This document shows, in pieces, positions 10,101 to 19,308 of a stretch of DNA of 64,000 bases. The DNA lies in the IMG/VR virus record IMGVR_UViG_3300037479_000437, positions 233-64,232 of that record; one strand, written 5' to 3'. Each line of letters opens with the position of its first letter. The stretch's first letter is position 1. The notes under the pieces are model-generated. The model did not search any database. It was not told where the DNA came from and worked only from the letters and a program-made list of their open reading frames with translations. Source of the stretch: a virus. The translations under genes and the position numbers were made by a program.

Positions 10101-12839
10101 CCGGCGCGCGATTGCCTGTCTGATTTCATCTTCGATGGCCGTGACAGCCTGCCGGTTTTCACGAATTTCAAGCGTCAGACTTTCCTGCTCAATTTGTAAT
10201 TTTCTGGTGTAATAACTCTGCGTTGTAATGATCGTGGCGTCATAGCTGGCTTTGAGCGCAGCTTCACGGTTGCGCAATTGCTCACGGATCAACGCGGTTT
10301 CAGCCGTCAATTGCGCTTTGGTCAATTCGACCTGCGCACGGGCCAGTTGTGCAGCTTCTGATCGCTTTGCTTTGGGTTCGCTTGCGATCCCCTGGGATGG
10401 GAGTGACGCAACCGGCGAATCGGTTTTTGTGCGGAGGAAATCACGAAACGCAAAGGCGTTACTGACTCGCTGCTCTTTCTGCCTCTGCGCAGTCTGTTGA
10501 GTTGTCCGACGAAAAGCGGCGCCAATCAATGCCTCAACTGCCAGGCCGACACCGGGGATGAATTTATCAAGAGTGCGCAACAGACTGCGCCCGATAGCTT
10601 CGCCAATGTTCGTTCCAGCCAGTTCGCCCAGGCCGACGAATTTCAAAAGCTGATCAAACAGGTTGCGCACAATTTCAAGCGTAGAGACAACACCCTGCGC
10701 AGTAATGTTTTTGATCGCTTCCCAAACACGGATTTGAATGCGCTGAATTGTTTCTCCGGCTGCCTCAAAGTGCCCGGTCAGTAATTGCAGAGCCAGCGTA
10801 ATATACTCACCGATAACTCCCCAGATGTTGCGAATATATTCTGCTGCAAAATCAAAAGCCGGAAGCAGGACGCTTTTGACAATGCCTGAAGCGCGTTCAA
10901 AGATCGTCGTGATTTCCGCCCAGACACGCCCGATGAATTCCTGCACCAGTGGGCCATTCTCACGCCACCATTCGGCAATCGCGTCAAAGCGTTCGGTTAC
11001 AAAAGCCGCGATCTGCGCTGTCAGTTCACGAATGCCGCCAAAGTTCGTCTGCCATGCCAGATACAACGCTGCCGCTGCTGCAATCACTACTCCAATCGCA
11101 ATGCCAATCGGGCCAAGCGCGGCTGAAATCGCTGTTCCTATTCCGGCCAGGGCGCCGCCTGAGCCAAACAATGCGCTGATTGAAGAAATCGCAAAGGCAA
11201 GTTGTCCGAACAATAACAACGCCGGGCCGATAGCGGCCAGTAATCCGCCGAAAATAACAATCGCCTGCTGCACAGATTGCGGCAGAGCGCCGAATAAGGC
11301 GCTTAATCTTTCAACTCCCTGCGCCAGCTTTTCAACTGCCGGTTCAATCAAGTCAAGAATGCGCAGGCCAAGCGGACGTAACGCGACAGTAATTCGGTCA
11401 CGCATTTTCTCAAAGCGCGTCGGAATACTTTCTGTGACACGTTGCAAACCGGGCACTTCAGTTGCCGCCTGAGCAAAAGCCGCAAAGAATTCATCAACCG
11501 TGTCAATGCCCAGCTTGCGCGCCTGTTCGCGGATGGCTTTTGCGTCCAGGGGTGAAGCGACTTTGAAAGTGCGTTTGATGATTTCGCCACCAAGCGGCGC
11601 CGCGCCAACCAGTTCCTTCAAATCAGGCCGCTGGAAATCACGAGTGACAAGCTGCACAAGGTTTTGAGTAAACCGCGCCGGATCACGCAGCGGCGCAACA
11701 GCATTCAAGCGGCCAATTGCGGGCAGAATACGATTGATCGTTTCCTCAGTCGCTCCGGCAACACGCAGTTGCACGTCCAGTGTTGAAGCGAGTGCAGTAG
11801 TCAGACCAGGAGTTTTCTGCGCCAGCGCAACCAGGGCGCGAAAACGCGCTTCTGCCCCTTCTGCGCTCCCGATAAACGCGCGCAGCACATTGACGTTGCG
11901 ATCAATCTCAGCCGCGCTTTTGACTGCTGCTGCGCCCAAAGCTACCAGCGGCGCCGTCAGGCCAATGCTCAACGTTCGTCCGGCGTCTGTCGCTGCTCGC
12001 CCAAACGCCTGAAGCCTTGTTCGTGAATCGTCAAAACCAGCGTTGCGCCGCGCGGCAGAAGCAATCAACTGATCATCAAGAGCATTCAATGCCTGACCGC
12101 TGCGTCCGAAGGCGGCGCCCAGCCCGGCAGCATCAGTGCCCAGCGCGACATTCAATCCCTTCAGCCGTAATGATGATCTTTCCACATCACTCAGCACGTC
12201 GCGGAAGCGTTGCCAGGCCGGGGCTGCCCGCGCCGCCGCCTGTTGCGCATCAATGCCCAGCGCGGCAAAATCTGCGCGTAAACGTCGCGCCTGTTCCGTG
12301 TCCTGTGTTGTCGCAAGAATGGCGCTTTGCTGAAAATTCGCAGCTACAGTTCCGCGTCCGGCAGTGACTGAGCCGATGGCGGATTGCGCTCGCGCCAGGG
12401 CAGGCTGAATCTGCCCGACCCGTTTGATCAGATCAGTAAACGCCTGCTCAGGGCGCAACAGCGCCTGCTGAATATTGACGCCCAGATCATTGAATGAGGA
12501 TTTGAGTTCGCGGGCAAAGGCAGTTGATTTCGTTGAGGCTTCAACCAGACTGGCCTGAAAGTTGGTAAACAGCCCGCGCGCATTGAAATCCGCGCCAACT
12601 CCGCTGAGGTTGAATTGCAGTTGTTTGAGTGCGTCAGAAAAGCCGGTCAGTCTTGTATTGCGCGCGATTTCAGCGGCTGAACCGAAGCCGCGCTGCGCCG
12701 CCTGCGCCATCGCTGCGGCAGATTGTGCTGAACGATCAAGTTCCGCCGTCAGGTTACGCGCAGCCGTTGCCATGCGCCGCGCCCCTGCCTCTGCGTCAGC
12801 CGTACTCCACCGGATTTCAAAAACAATGTCCTCGGCCAT
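7161..12839 (-). CDS. Tape measure protein
   Basis: 1892 aa, Ala-rich and helical; N-terminal TMP motif (GRTLSIGLTAPLVALGAAAVKSA), hydrophobic mid-region, long coiled coils; follows the chaperone genes. Confidence 0.92.
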   Translation of the reverse strand: MAEDIVFEIRWSTADAEAGARRMATAARNLTAELDRSAQSAAAMAQAAQRGFGSAAEIARNTRLTGFSDALKQLQFNLSGVGADFNARGLFTNFQASLVEASTKSTAFARELKSSFNDLGVNIQQALLRPEQAFTDLIKRVGQIQPALARAQSAIGSVTAGRGTVAANFQQSAILATTQDTEQARRLRADFAALGIDAQQAAARAAPAWQRFRDVLSDVERSSLRLKGLNVALGTDAAGLGAAFGRSGQALNALDDQLIASAARRNAGFDDSRTRLQAFGRAATDAGRTLSIGLTAPLVALGAAAVKSAAEIDRNVNVLRAFIGSAEGAEARFRALVALAQKTPGLTTALASTLDVQLRVAGATEETINRILPAIGRLNAVAPLRDPARFTQNLVQLVTRDFQRPDLKELVGAAPLGGEIIKRTFKVASPLDAKAIREQARKLGIDTVDEFFAAFAQAATEVPGLQRVTESIPTRFEKMRDRITVALRPLGLRILDLIEPAVEKLAQGVERLSALFGALPQSVQQAIVIFGGLLAAIGPALLLFGQLAFAISSISALFGSGGALAGIGTAISAALGPIGIAIGVVIAAAAALYLAWQTNFGGIRELTAQIAAFVTERFDAIAEWWRENGPLVQEFIGRVWAEITTIFERASGIVKSVLLPAFDFAAEYIRNIWGVIGEYITLALQLLTGHFEAAGETIQRIQIRVWEAIKNITAQGVVSTLEIVRNLFDQLLKFVGLGELAGTNIGEAIGRSLLRTLDKFIPGVGLAVEALIGAAFRRTTQQTAQRQKEQRVSNAFAFRDFLRTKTDSPVASLPSQGIASEPKAKRSEAAQLARAQVELTKAQLTAETALIREQLRNREAALKASYDATIITTQSYYTRKLQIEQESLTLEIRENRQAVTAIEDEIRQAIARRAKEQEILRLETQATQLRSQGAVLREKQQALPEANAAARRQTEEQERRSIEQTRIAYLELTGVKQESFNRRLAEEYAEAVKTAAQAGRRDILDLIEKMQELRLAHFDLNEQVKRSELRFDATQTTLNIVEEQISGAQSRGQIDAIEAADAQIEARRRLRTVLLEEVVLQRQLLEQKQSLGGAEAETAERDLLQINERIAALRNLGAELTSQEKIQQQLADNQIFRQDRANRKLLEHLAAQKGLTEAVADAQIKAYETFIGVLERGIDKLTAKLGFFGEIVADLIKTITRNLITRVLTGVAGGGSGGGIFGGGGGLIGSIASLFLAPRQSGQQAGGGSVLQAILGGGAGGFQTPPFVAPQQLAQTLSAISGARAGGATGGFNPIAALAGLLRPGGQPGGNIATAAPVAATLAAALARNAKGAAIGGIGGIGGAAGTAQTLTEAFLSQSRLTELARTPPFVAQAGTTAGGAIAGGSFLQGLAPLAPLLGLSLGTQLGGQSTAGKILGGAGGLLLGASAFAGIAGTGAITGLLTGLGVGGTNAAILGSAAFGLLTNPITIIAGIGLLIGSFFLGRAKQRKTDEKNADAIWRAEADRLAELTRLVNADRIDGAQALAEAAQLRQQTVAALNQIKTKSVRESRLKNQLADVDRVYVAPLKEAAERQQKRRGVSDLLLPTFASGGFTGRVPGVFDGSDDKVIRVTGNELVLNPHQQANLADLILTTSRSRRAPIETTSVREALTRKERSRETTIDQINLRQNENLTQSSEVQRQSAHSLFNETRRSQEENKQIVNQTSSVITRFDQRSIVNDRAADAAQQPGATLQRATQPETISSRSNRVTQTALPRFASGGLTAPLERLIRVTGNELVVSPADQTRLAGLVFEASRARALSFNNSFSASSFNAPLTIPAPAAATDIAAAIPTPVNITLIVNNAFEIGQADQTKIVTNVINNTSEGRRSIVRVVRKDVRKQGQAGLAGDIESILT

Positions 12840-12845
12840 CGCTCG

Positions 12846-13148
12846 TCACCAGGGGCGTTGCAGTTTGCGCCGGACTTCTTCCAGTTTTGCGCGTTCTCGT
12901 TCACGTTCGGCCTGAATCTGCTCATACTCCGCAATCGCGGCCTGCCAGGCTGCCAGACCGGCCCATTCATCAGGCTCCAGCGCATCAGGATACAGATAAG
13001 CCGCGCCTGACTCCTTCATCAGTCGCAGATCAGATAACCGGCTGATCCAGCGTTCCAGACCCGGTGGTTGTTCAGTCGGCTTCGTTGCCAGCCGTTCACA
13101 GCCGCCGCAAATCTGTTCGACCGTCATGCTTTCGTTTTCAAGCGCCAA
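12846..13148 (-). CDS. Tail assembly chaperone, downstream part (gpT-like)
   Basis: Directly upstream of the tape measure gene; its frame stays open back into the 3' end of the preceding ORF. Confidence 0.55.
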   Translation of the reverse strand: MALENESMTVEQICGGCERLATKPTEQPPGLERWISRLSDLRLMKESGAAYLYPDALEPDEWAGLAAWQAAIAEYEQIQAERERERAKLEEVRRKLQRPW

Positions 13149-13258
13149 CTGATAACGCGCCAGCCGGTAGCTGCGCCCACACCATTCTTCGCCCAGGCAG
13201 CGGCCATAAATATCGCCTGCGCGCAGATATTCGCGGAGCCAGACGCGCAGGCGTTCGG

Positions 13259-14071
13259 TCAGTCCGAGATTGTGCCCTCGAAAACATTGATCAGCGCCTG
13301 CACCGCTTCACGCATCAATGGCGGTTCGATCTCAGTCAGGAAGTTTTCGCGGTCTTCTTCTGACCATGCCCGGCCTTCATAAGTAAACCCTTCGGCTTTG
13401 ATCAGTAATTCACAGAAGAGATCAACCGCTGGCTTGAGTTGCGCCGTGATGGTTGTCTTTGCGCGCTTGCCCTGAAGCGAGACGATTTCATCGAAGCTGG
13501 CAGTCCGATAAATTTCAAGCTGACGCTGAGTCGGGGGCTTGAAATACAACCGGACCAGATAGCGCGGCTGTTGGACTTCGTCTTCCTGGATTTCCAGCCG
13601 GACAATCCATTGTCGCCGGGATGAGAGCATGACAAAGCCGTCATCATCCCCGGTTGTGCCTTCGACAATGGCGCGTGATTTCCAGATATTTTCAATCGCG
13701 CTGCTTTTTATTCCGGCAGGCAGTTCAGCCAGTTGCTCTTCAGTCAGATGACTGAATTGCCCGGTAAATTTTTCAGCGCGAGTGGCCGGGCGATATTCGG
13801 CATAGCCTTCGGCAATCTGATCGTAGAGCCAGGCATTGGCAGCCTCAAGATTGATCGGATCACGCTTGATGACCGTGCGGGAAAGCTGAGTTTGTGAGGC
13901 GTGAATTTTCTGCTCCCGAATGTAGAATTCTTCACGAGTCGGTTTGCGGAATTTGTGGACTGTGACAATCGGCGCTCCGCCCGGCAGCGCATCGGCGAGC
14001 GTTGCCTGCACGGGCATCGTCAGAGAGTTTACTTTCACTTCCCAGGTCTGGTGCCGGGCGTTGGTTTCCAT
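13259..14071 (-). CDS. Tail assembly chaperone (gpG-like)
   Basis: Positional assignment between the tail tube and tape measure genes. Confidence 0.55.
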   Translation of the reverse strand: METNARHQTWEVKVNSLTMPVQATLADALPGGAPIVTVHKFRKPTREEFYIREQKIHASQTQLSRTVIKRDPINLEAANAWLYDQIAEGYAEYRPATRAEKFTGQFSHLTEEQLAELPAGIKSSAIENIWKSRAIVEGTTGDDDGFVMLSSRRQWIVRLEIQEDEVQQPRYLVRLYFKPPTQRQLEIYRTASFDEIVSLQGKRAKTTITAQLKPAVDLFCELLIKAEGFTYEGRAWSEEDRENFLTEIEPPLMREAVQALINVFEGTISD

Positions 14072-14370
14072 AATTTTGACTCCATCGGTTGAGTTGCAGG
14101 TTGACTGGAAATTGCTGATTCAGATTCTTCAACGAGGTCAGGGGCAGTAACTGACTCCGGCTCACTGCCTGAGTCCGGTTTTACAGCAGGCTCAGGCGCC
14201 GATTCAAGCCCGCGCGCAATGCGATAGTCGCGCAGAGAAACGAGTCGGCCACCGGAAGGAATAAGCGCCTCAGGATCGCCTGAGAGCAAGGCATAATGAC
14301 TGATGATATTCAGATCATCCGCTGATAATTCAGCGAATGGCCGGACATAGAGGTCATTCGGTTTTTCCAT
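14035..14370 (-). CDS. Hypothetical protein with acidic Pro/Ser-rich C-terminus
   Basis: ORF inside the tail operon with a GGAG RBS. Confidence 0.45.
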   Translation of the reverse strand: MEKPNDLYVRPFAELSADDLNIISHYALLSGDPEALIPSGGRLVSLRDYRIARGLESAPEPAVKPDSGSEPESVTAPDLVEESESAISSQPATQPMESKLWKPTPGTRPGK

Positions 14371-14404
14371 TGAGCAGTCTCCTGGATTCAGACGATGCTG
14401 GAAA

Positions 14405-15478
14405 CTATTCCAGCGCCGTGAGCAGATTGCGTACTCTGGCCTTGATCAGACCGTTCGTGACCGGATCGAGCTTGGCGTCTACAGTCAATCGAATGGCCGC
14501 AATGTCGTCAACTGACGTGCCGGGAATAGCCGTAATCACGCCAATCGGCATGATCAGATCAATTTCGGCGCGTTCCGGCCCGGCGGCAAGCTTTTCGCCC
14601 TGCATGGCGATCTTGAAATTCGTCACGTCCTGATTGTCCTGCGCCAGAACCAGTTCTGCCTGATCCGCATCAACCGACAGATCAACTGTCAATTGTGCGG
14701 ATGGCACGCCGGTCAGCATGCGATTCTGATAGGCGCCCTTCGTGTAATCCGCGCCATCAATCGGCGGGTCGCAGGGGCGTCGGTCAGTGACTTTGGCGTT
14801 TTTGTTGAGTTGGAGTTGCCAGTTCAGAATGCGCCCGCACAGGTCAACCGTACTCACACCGTTGAAGTAGGTCAACCTGGTTGCGGGGCTGATCATGTAG
14901 TTGTACTTGGTCAGCGGCGCCGGAACTGTAAAGACCGGAGTGATAGTCGAAATCTTCGTATACTTGCCGCTGCCGTCAAGCTGAAATGTCCCCTGCGGCG
15001 TTCCACCCTTTTGTTGAGCGACGGTCATGCCGGTAACGCACATGCCGGAGAAGAGCGTGTCATAGCCACCGATTTTCGTAAAGAAGCCGGAAGAAGGCAT
15101 TTGCGCGCCGCCCCCCGCAATGTTCTGCATCAGAATTTCCCAGTCATTGACGACTGGTGGCCCGGCGACTACCTGCGTTGCGATCACACTCCCACCCAAT
15201 GCCCGCGCGAGCAGATAAGCGAAGAAATCAGTGTTCATGTCTTCGATTACCTGAATCTGCGGCTGCTTCCAGTAATCATTGCGATATTGCGTCGGGTAGC
15301 CGTAGCCCGCGCCGATTTTTCCGGCGTCTGAGACTTTTTCCGGGTAAGGCGTCGGCCATTCAGTGCTGGTCGTTTTGACGCGAATATAATCAGCGCCATC
15401 AGTTGGCGACGTGTTGTACGTTGTCTCGCGGAGTTTTGAGATTCCAAGTTCGAGTACCTTAATATCGAATTCAGCCAT
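14405..15478 (-). CDS. Major tail tube protein
   Basis: 357-aa beta-rich protein after the tail terminator; GAGGGAG RBS. Confidence 0.75.
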   Translation of the reverse strand: MAEFDIKVLELGISKLRETTYNTSPTDGADYIRVKTTSTEWPTPYPEKVSDAGKIGAGYGYPTQYRNDYWKQPQIQVIEDMNTDFFAYLLARALGGSVIATQVVAGPPVVNDWEILMQNIAGGGAQMPSSGFFTKIGGYDTLFSGMCVTGMTVAQQKGGTPQGTFQLDGSGKYTKISTITPVFTVPAPLTKYNYMISPATRLTYFNGVSTVDLCGRILNWQLQLNKNAKVTDRRPCDPPIDGADYTKGAYQNRMLTGVPSAQLTVDLSVDADQAELVLAQDNQDVTNFKIAMQGEKLAAGPERAEIDLIMPIGVITAIPGTSVDDIAAIRLTVDAKLDPVTNGLIKARVRNLLTALE

Positions 15479-15555
15479 GACAATATCTCCCTCTGGTTGC
15501 GCCGCGCGTCAATCGGGCCGTTGATGCCCGGCAATGATCGGATCCAATGAAAAAC

Positions 15556-16038
15556 TCAGCAAATGTTCTGATAAAGTTCAAGGTCAAGCTGGCATTTGGC
15601 GATATGGACAATGCGGCCTGAAAGCGGAAATTTATCGCTTTCATACATCGTCAATCCACGATGTCCTTTGACTGCCATCCCGGCATTGTCAAGTTCAAGC
15701 GTTCGCCGGGCTGCCAGCCAGGCAGCCACTTCATCAATTTCACGTTGAAAAATTGTCATCGTTGAAGGTTCCTGCGCTTTCGAGCGGGCGCCATAAAAGA
15801 GCCAGATTTCAAAAGTCCAGGTTACGATTTCCTTGCTCGTTCCTGCCGGGGCTTCTGTTCGTCCACGCCGTTGCATGATCCAGGCATGAATTTCATTGTT
15901 ATCAGCCCGCGATTTGAGACAATTGGCATTGAATTGCTCATCCATTTCCAGCGGCCAGTCACTCCAGACGGCAGCCTGAGGCGCGGCCTGCTGAATCAGT
16001 TCACGCAACTTATCCCGGACTTCCTGCTCTGTGACCAT
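15556..16038 (-). CDS. Tail terminator / completion protein
   Basis: Size, position and the V..KLRELI...AP.A.V pattern. Confidence 0.6.
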   Translation of the reverse strand: MVTEQEVRDKLRELIQQAAPQAAVWSDWPLEMDEQFNANCLKSRADNNEIHAWIMQRRGRTEAPAGTSKEIVTWTFEIWLFYGARSKAQEPSTMTIFQREIDEVAAWLAARRTLELDNAGMAVKGHRGLTMYESDKFPLSGRIVHIAKCQLDLELYQNIC

Positions 16039-16054
16039 TCATATTCACCCATGC

Positions 16055-16528
16055 TCATCGTCTGAAATGACCTGCCAGTCGAGTTGCCGCGCGATCAAAG
16101 GCCGCACGCATTGCCGGGCGCGCCTTCCTGAGCGCATGTCGCAATGGGAAACGGCCTTTGATTCCTTTCTTCGCAATTGATTTTGCGATTGCCCAGGCGC
16201 TGCCGGTAATTCCTTTTAATCGCATCCATGACGCAATGATCGAAACCGGGGGCATTGGCTTGTTCGGACGCCGGCCTTTTTCCACATTGATCCAGTGATC
16301 TGCCGCAGTCATGGAAAATTGCTGAATCGAACCACGTTGCTGATATTTTGTGGAAACACTATCTATCAAAGCCGCTGAAGCGACAGCGCCAACTGCGCGA
16401 ATTTCACTCTTATAGGCGCGAGTCAGGGCGCTGGCGGCTTCCTGCCCGGCCCGACGAAATTCAGTCCTGATGGCAGCGTCCGGCTGCTTCCATTTTGGAT
16501 TCAGTTTGACCTGGAAATTCAAACTCAT
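16055..16528 (-). CDS. HK97 gp10-like neck protein
   Basis: A.ASAALIDSV...HWINVEKGRRP.K.MPP...KSIAKKGIKGRFPLR motif. Confidence 0.75.
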   Translation of the reverse strand: MSLNFQVKLNPKWKQPDAAIRTEFRRAGQEAASALTRAYKSEIRAVGAVASAALIDSVSTKYQQRGSIQQFSMTAADHWINVEKGRRPNKPMPPVSIIASWMRLKGITGSAWAIAKSIAKKGIKGRFPLRHALRKARPAMRAAFDRAATRLAGHFRR

Positions 16529-16531
16529 TTT

Positions 16532-17002
16532 CTAAAACATCAGCAACATGCTCTGATTAGCGGGCGGCGAGCCGCCCGCTTCCTTGAACGTTGCAATTAC
16601 CGCGCCCCAGGCACGGCTGGTAATCCCGGTCTTGGCAGCAGTATAAGCCCCAGTTGCGCTGACAATCCGATACCCTTCGCTGATCGTTGAATTATTGGCT
16701 GCTCCGCCGCCTGCCGTTCCAAGTCGCTGACCATTGGTAAATGAATTACTCCATGTTCCGGCATTGTCTCCATTCGGCCCTTCTGTCCCAATTGCGCCGA
16801 TCAGAATTTCATTCGCCTGACTGGTTGTGGGAGCCGCGCCCGAACTCGGACTTGTCCCGCTTCCTGCTGCCGCTGTTCCCTGATCCACCGGTGCTGCGGC
16901 GACTTCGGGCCACACGGGCGTTAGATCGCGCAGCGCGGCGCCAAGTCCGGTGGTTGCGTTGCGGAATCTCTCTTCGCCCTGAATTTCAGTCAGATCAAGC
17001 AT
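16532..17002 (-). CDS. Apparently chimeric ORF: virion-morphogenesis-like N-terminus fused to a Ser/Thr/Gly-rich beta domain
   Basis: Abrupt composition change after ...ALRDLTPVWPEVA. Confidence 0.45.
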   Translation of the reverse strand: MLDLTEIQGEERFRNATTGLGAALRDLTPVWPEVAAAPVDQGTAAAGSGTSPSSGAAPTTSQANEILIGAIGTEGPNGDNAGTWSNSFTNGQRLGTAGGGAANNSTISEGYRIVSATGAYTAAKTGITSRAWGAVIATFKEAGGSPPANQSMLLMF

Positions 17003-17799
17003 TAGCGCGCCGTGGTGAACGCCTGTCGCAGCAGAATGTAATCAACCCAGAATGTCCGCGCGGTCGTTCCGGCTGATTTGATAATCCAGGCGCCGATGCT
17101 TGTCTCGCGCCCGCTGGCAGTCGGAATGTTCGTCGTTACTGAACCGAGCGAGGTTCCATTAGCGTAATATGTCGCGTTCGTTCCAGCAGCGTTGAGTTCA
17201 AGGTAAAGCTTCGTCCAACCGGAAGTGACGGCGACGCTGGTAATCGTTTTTGTTCGAGTGGAGTTATTCGCCGCGCATATTTTCCAGTTTGCTGAAGTTG
17301 CCTCATCATACTCAAAATAAACGCCGTCTACAGCGTCGGCTGTAAAGGTGTCCATCAACCCTACTCGAATGATATAGCGTTCGGCGGATGTTGACAGCGT
17401 TGGAATGTTAATCAGAGCCTCATAAATCAACGATCCGCCGCCGAGGCGGAGACAAAGGGCATTTGAGCCGAATCCGGCGCGTCCGGTTGCTGTCGTGCCG
17501 GTACTAACGCTGACTATCCCCGGATGGTTCGGTTCAGCGGCGATTGCGCTGAGCACTGCTCCGGTTCCCGAAACGCCGGTGGTAAAATTTCCGCCGCTAT
17601 TCGTTGAATTAAGAAACTCTTCAAAGAACGTAAACCAGTTCGCCCTGTCCCAGCCGGGATGAACTGATCCAATCCAATCGCGGACGAAGCGCGTCGTCGC
17701 CGCGTTCTCGCTGTTATCGTTCGGGTTGGCTACCGGGAGCGCAATATTCGATGTGTACGCATGCGGAAGATTGCGCTCCGCGATTGTAGTTTGAGCCAT
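17002..17799 (-). CDS. Virion-associated lectin/beta-sandwich-like protein
   Basis: Thr/Gly-rich; NHPGI...TGTTATGR...DGVYFEY...W motif seen in phage fibre proteins. Confidence 0.5.
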   Translation of the reverse strand: MAQTTIAERNLPHAYTSNIALPVANPNDNSENAATTRFVRDWIGSVHPGWDRANWFTFFEEFLNSTNSGGNFTTGVSGTGAVLSAIAAEPNHPGIVSVSTGTTATGRAGFGSNALCLRLGGGSLIYEALINIPTLSTSAERYIIRVGLMDTFTADAVDGVYFEYDEATSANWKICAANNSTRTKTITSVAVTSGWTKLYLELNAAGTNATYYANGTSLGSVTTNIPTASGRETSIGAWIIKSAGTTARTFWVDYILLRQAFTTAR

Positions 17800-17803
17800 T
17801 CAA

Positions 17804-18628
17804 TTATTTGCGATACGAAACTCTCAGTTTTTCTCCGCTTGTCGGAGCGGTCAGCATCGTAATACTGGAGCCGCTGATCGTATAGTCATTGCCGCTGCCG
17901 GATTCCTGAAGGACTCCATTGAGATAAACATGCTCGCTTCCTGCAACGGGTGCATTCGCCAAAGTAAAAGCGGTATTGCTTCCGTTAATTGAACCGGAAG
18001 GAATCTCTTTATCAACGAAATTGGCGGCGGTCAGGCCGGACGACGTATCCTGCGTGTACGTAATGGCCGTCGTATTGAGTGTTCCGCCGTCATTGACCGG
18101 ACAGAAGAACCTGGCGTCAGCGTACAACGTACCTTCATTGACACTGACGAGTGAACCAGGAAATTCAGACCACGAATCAGAATCAGTCGCTCTGGTCAGC
18201 GCAGAACCGCTGCCGTTGAATACGTAAATACCGTTTTCCTGCTGCGATGATTGCGCTCTCACCAGAAGTCGGTCGCCATTTGCAAGCGTTACGCCATCAA
18301 ATACATCCGTCCCCGGGTTGCTCAGAGTAATGTTCGCGGTCGTTGCAGCGCGAACGTTTCGGTATTTATAAATCGCTGAAAGATTACCGACTGCCGTATC
18401 AACGTAAGCCTTATTGGCCGCGTCGTTGTTGCCACTCGGAGTACCGACGTTGGTTAGCAGATTGCCGCCAAGTGACTGATTGCCGGTAAAGGCAACCGAG
18501 CCATCTTTTTTGATGAAATTTGCGCCGTCTGCCAGTTTGCTCGAATCAATTGCTGCGCCTGCCGCAACTTTGGCATTGTTGATTGCGCCGTCTGCGATTT
18601 GCCGGTTGACGATTTGCGTGGTAGCCAT
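17804..18628 (-). CDS. Virion fibre/decoration protein
   Basis: AANKAYVD, VRAATTANITLS and DGVTL..GDRLLVR.Q...ENGIYV are typical fibre motifs. Confidence 0.65.
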   Translation of the reverse strand: MATTQIVNRQIADGAINNAKVAAGAAIDSSKLADGANFIKKDGSVAFTGNQSLGGNLLTNVGTPSGNNDAANKAYVDTAVGNLSAIYKYRNVRAATTANITLSNPGTDVFDGVTLANGDRLLVRAQSSQQENGIYVFNGSGSALTRATDSDSWSEFPGSLVSVNEGTLYADARFFCPVNDGGTLNTTAITYTQDTSSGLTAANFVDKEIPSGSINGSNTAFTLANAPVAGSEHVYLNGVLQESGSGNDYTISGSSITMLTAPTSGEKLRVSYRK

Positions 18629-19308
18629 TATGACCTCTCGTAATCAATCTGAACTGTTTCACCAGTTTCAGGTGAACTGGTCAGAGTGATTGTTCGTGTG
18701 CCGCTGGTTGTAAAATCAATTCCCGGTCTCTGCACGATTCCATTGATCTGTACTTCGACAGATTCCGGGATAAAATCATAAATTGATATAAACGTCGCAT
18801 TGCTTCCATTGATTGCGCCAGCCGGAAATTCTCCGATTTCAAATTGTCCGCTGCCGCCTGCGCTCGGCGGCGCGCCAGAGGGCTGCCATAGTGGAATCAG
18901 CGGGTCTTCATGTTGAAGCCCGGTCGGATCCCAGCTTTCACCAGTACTTTCCAGATGAAAGACTGTCGCATAAGGGTGCTGGATCGAATGCCGCAATGCT
19001 GCTTTATAAATCAGATTGCTGATCACTACGCCTGCGGTATTCGCTAAGACTGCTGCACGGGTTCCCGCTTTCAAATATTTCAGATCACAGATCAGCAGAG
19101 TTTCCTGAGCGCCGGTTATTTGTTCCTTGCGTTCACGCAAAGCCCAGCGTTCAGCCAGTTGGGCAAATGCCGTCCACTCGCCAACTTCAACTCCGCTGCC
19201 GTAACTGAGAAACGTCACAGTTGCCGGATCAGTTTCGGCCAGCGGATCACTCCGAAGCTGATGCGCCAGGGCCAGCGTCTGACTGTATAATGCTTCATGA
19301 AAGTTCAT
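18628..19308 (-). CDS. Head-closure-like protein with appended C-terminal beta domain
   Basis: Position after the head-tail adaptor; C-terminal domain shared with 17804-18628. Confidence 0.5.
   Translation of the reverse strand: MNFHEALYSQTLALAHQLRSDPLAETDPATVTFLSYGSGVEVGEWTAFAQLAERWALRERKEQITGAQETLLICDLKYLKAGTRAAVLANTAGVVISNLIYKAALRHSIQHPYATVFHLESTGESWDPTGLQHEDPLIPLWQPSGAPPSAGGSGQFEIGEFPAGAINGSNATFISIYDFIPESVEVQINGIVQRPGIDFTTSGTRTITLTSSPETGETVQIDYERS

Noticed and set aside
8224-12915. Numerous plus-strand ORFs opposite the tape measure gene
   Set aside because: GC-rich antisense shadows without RBS or motifs.
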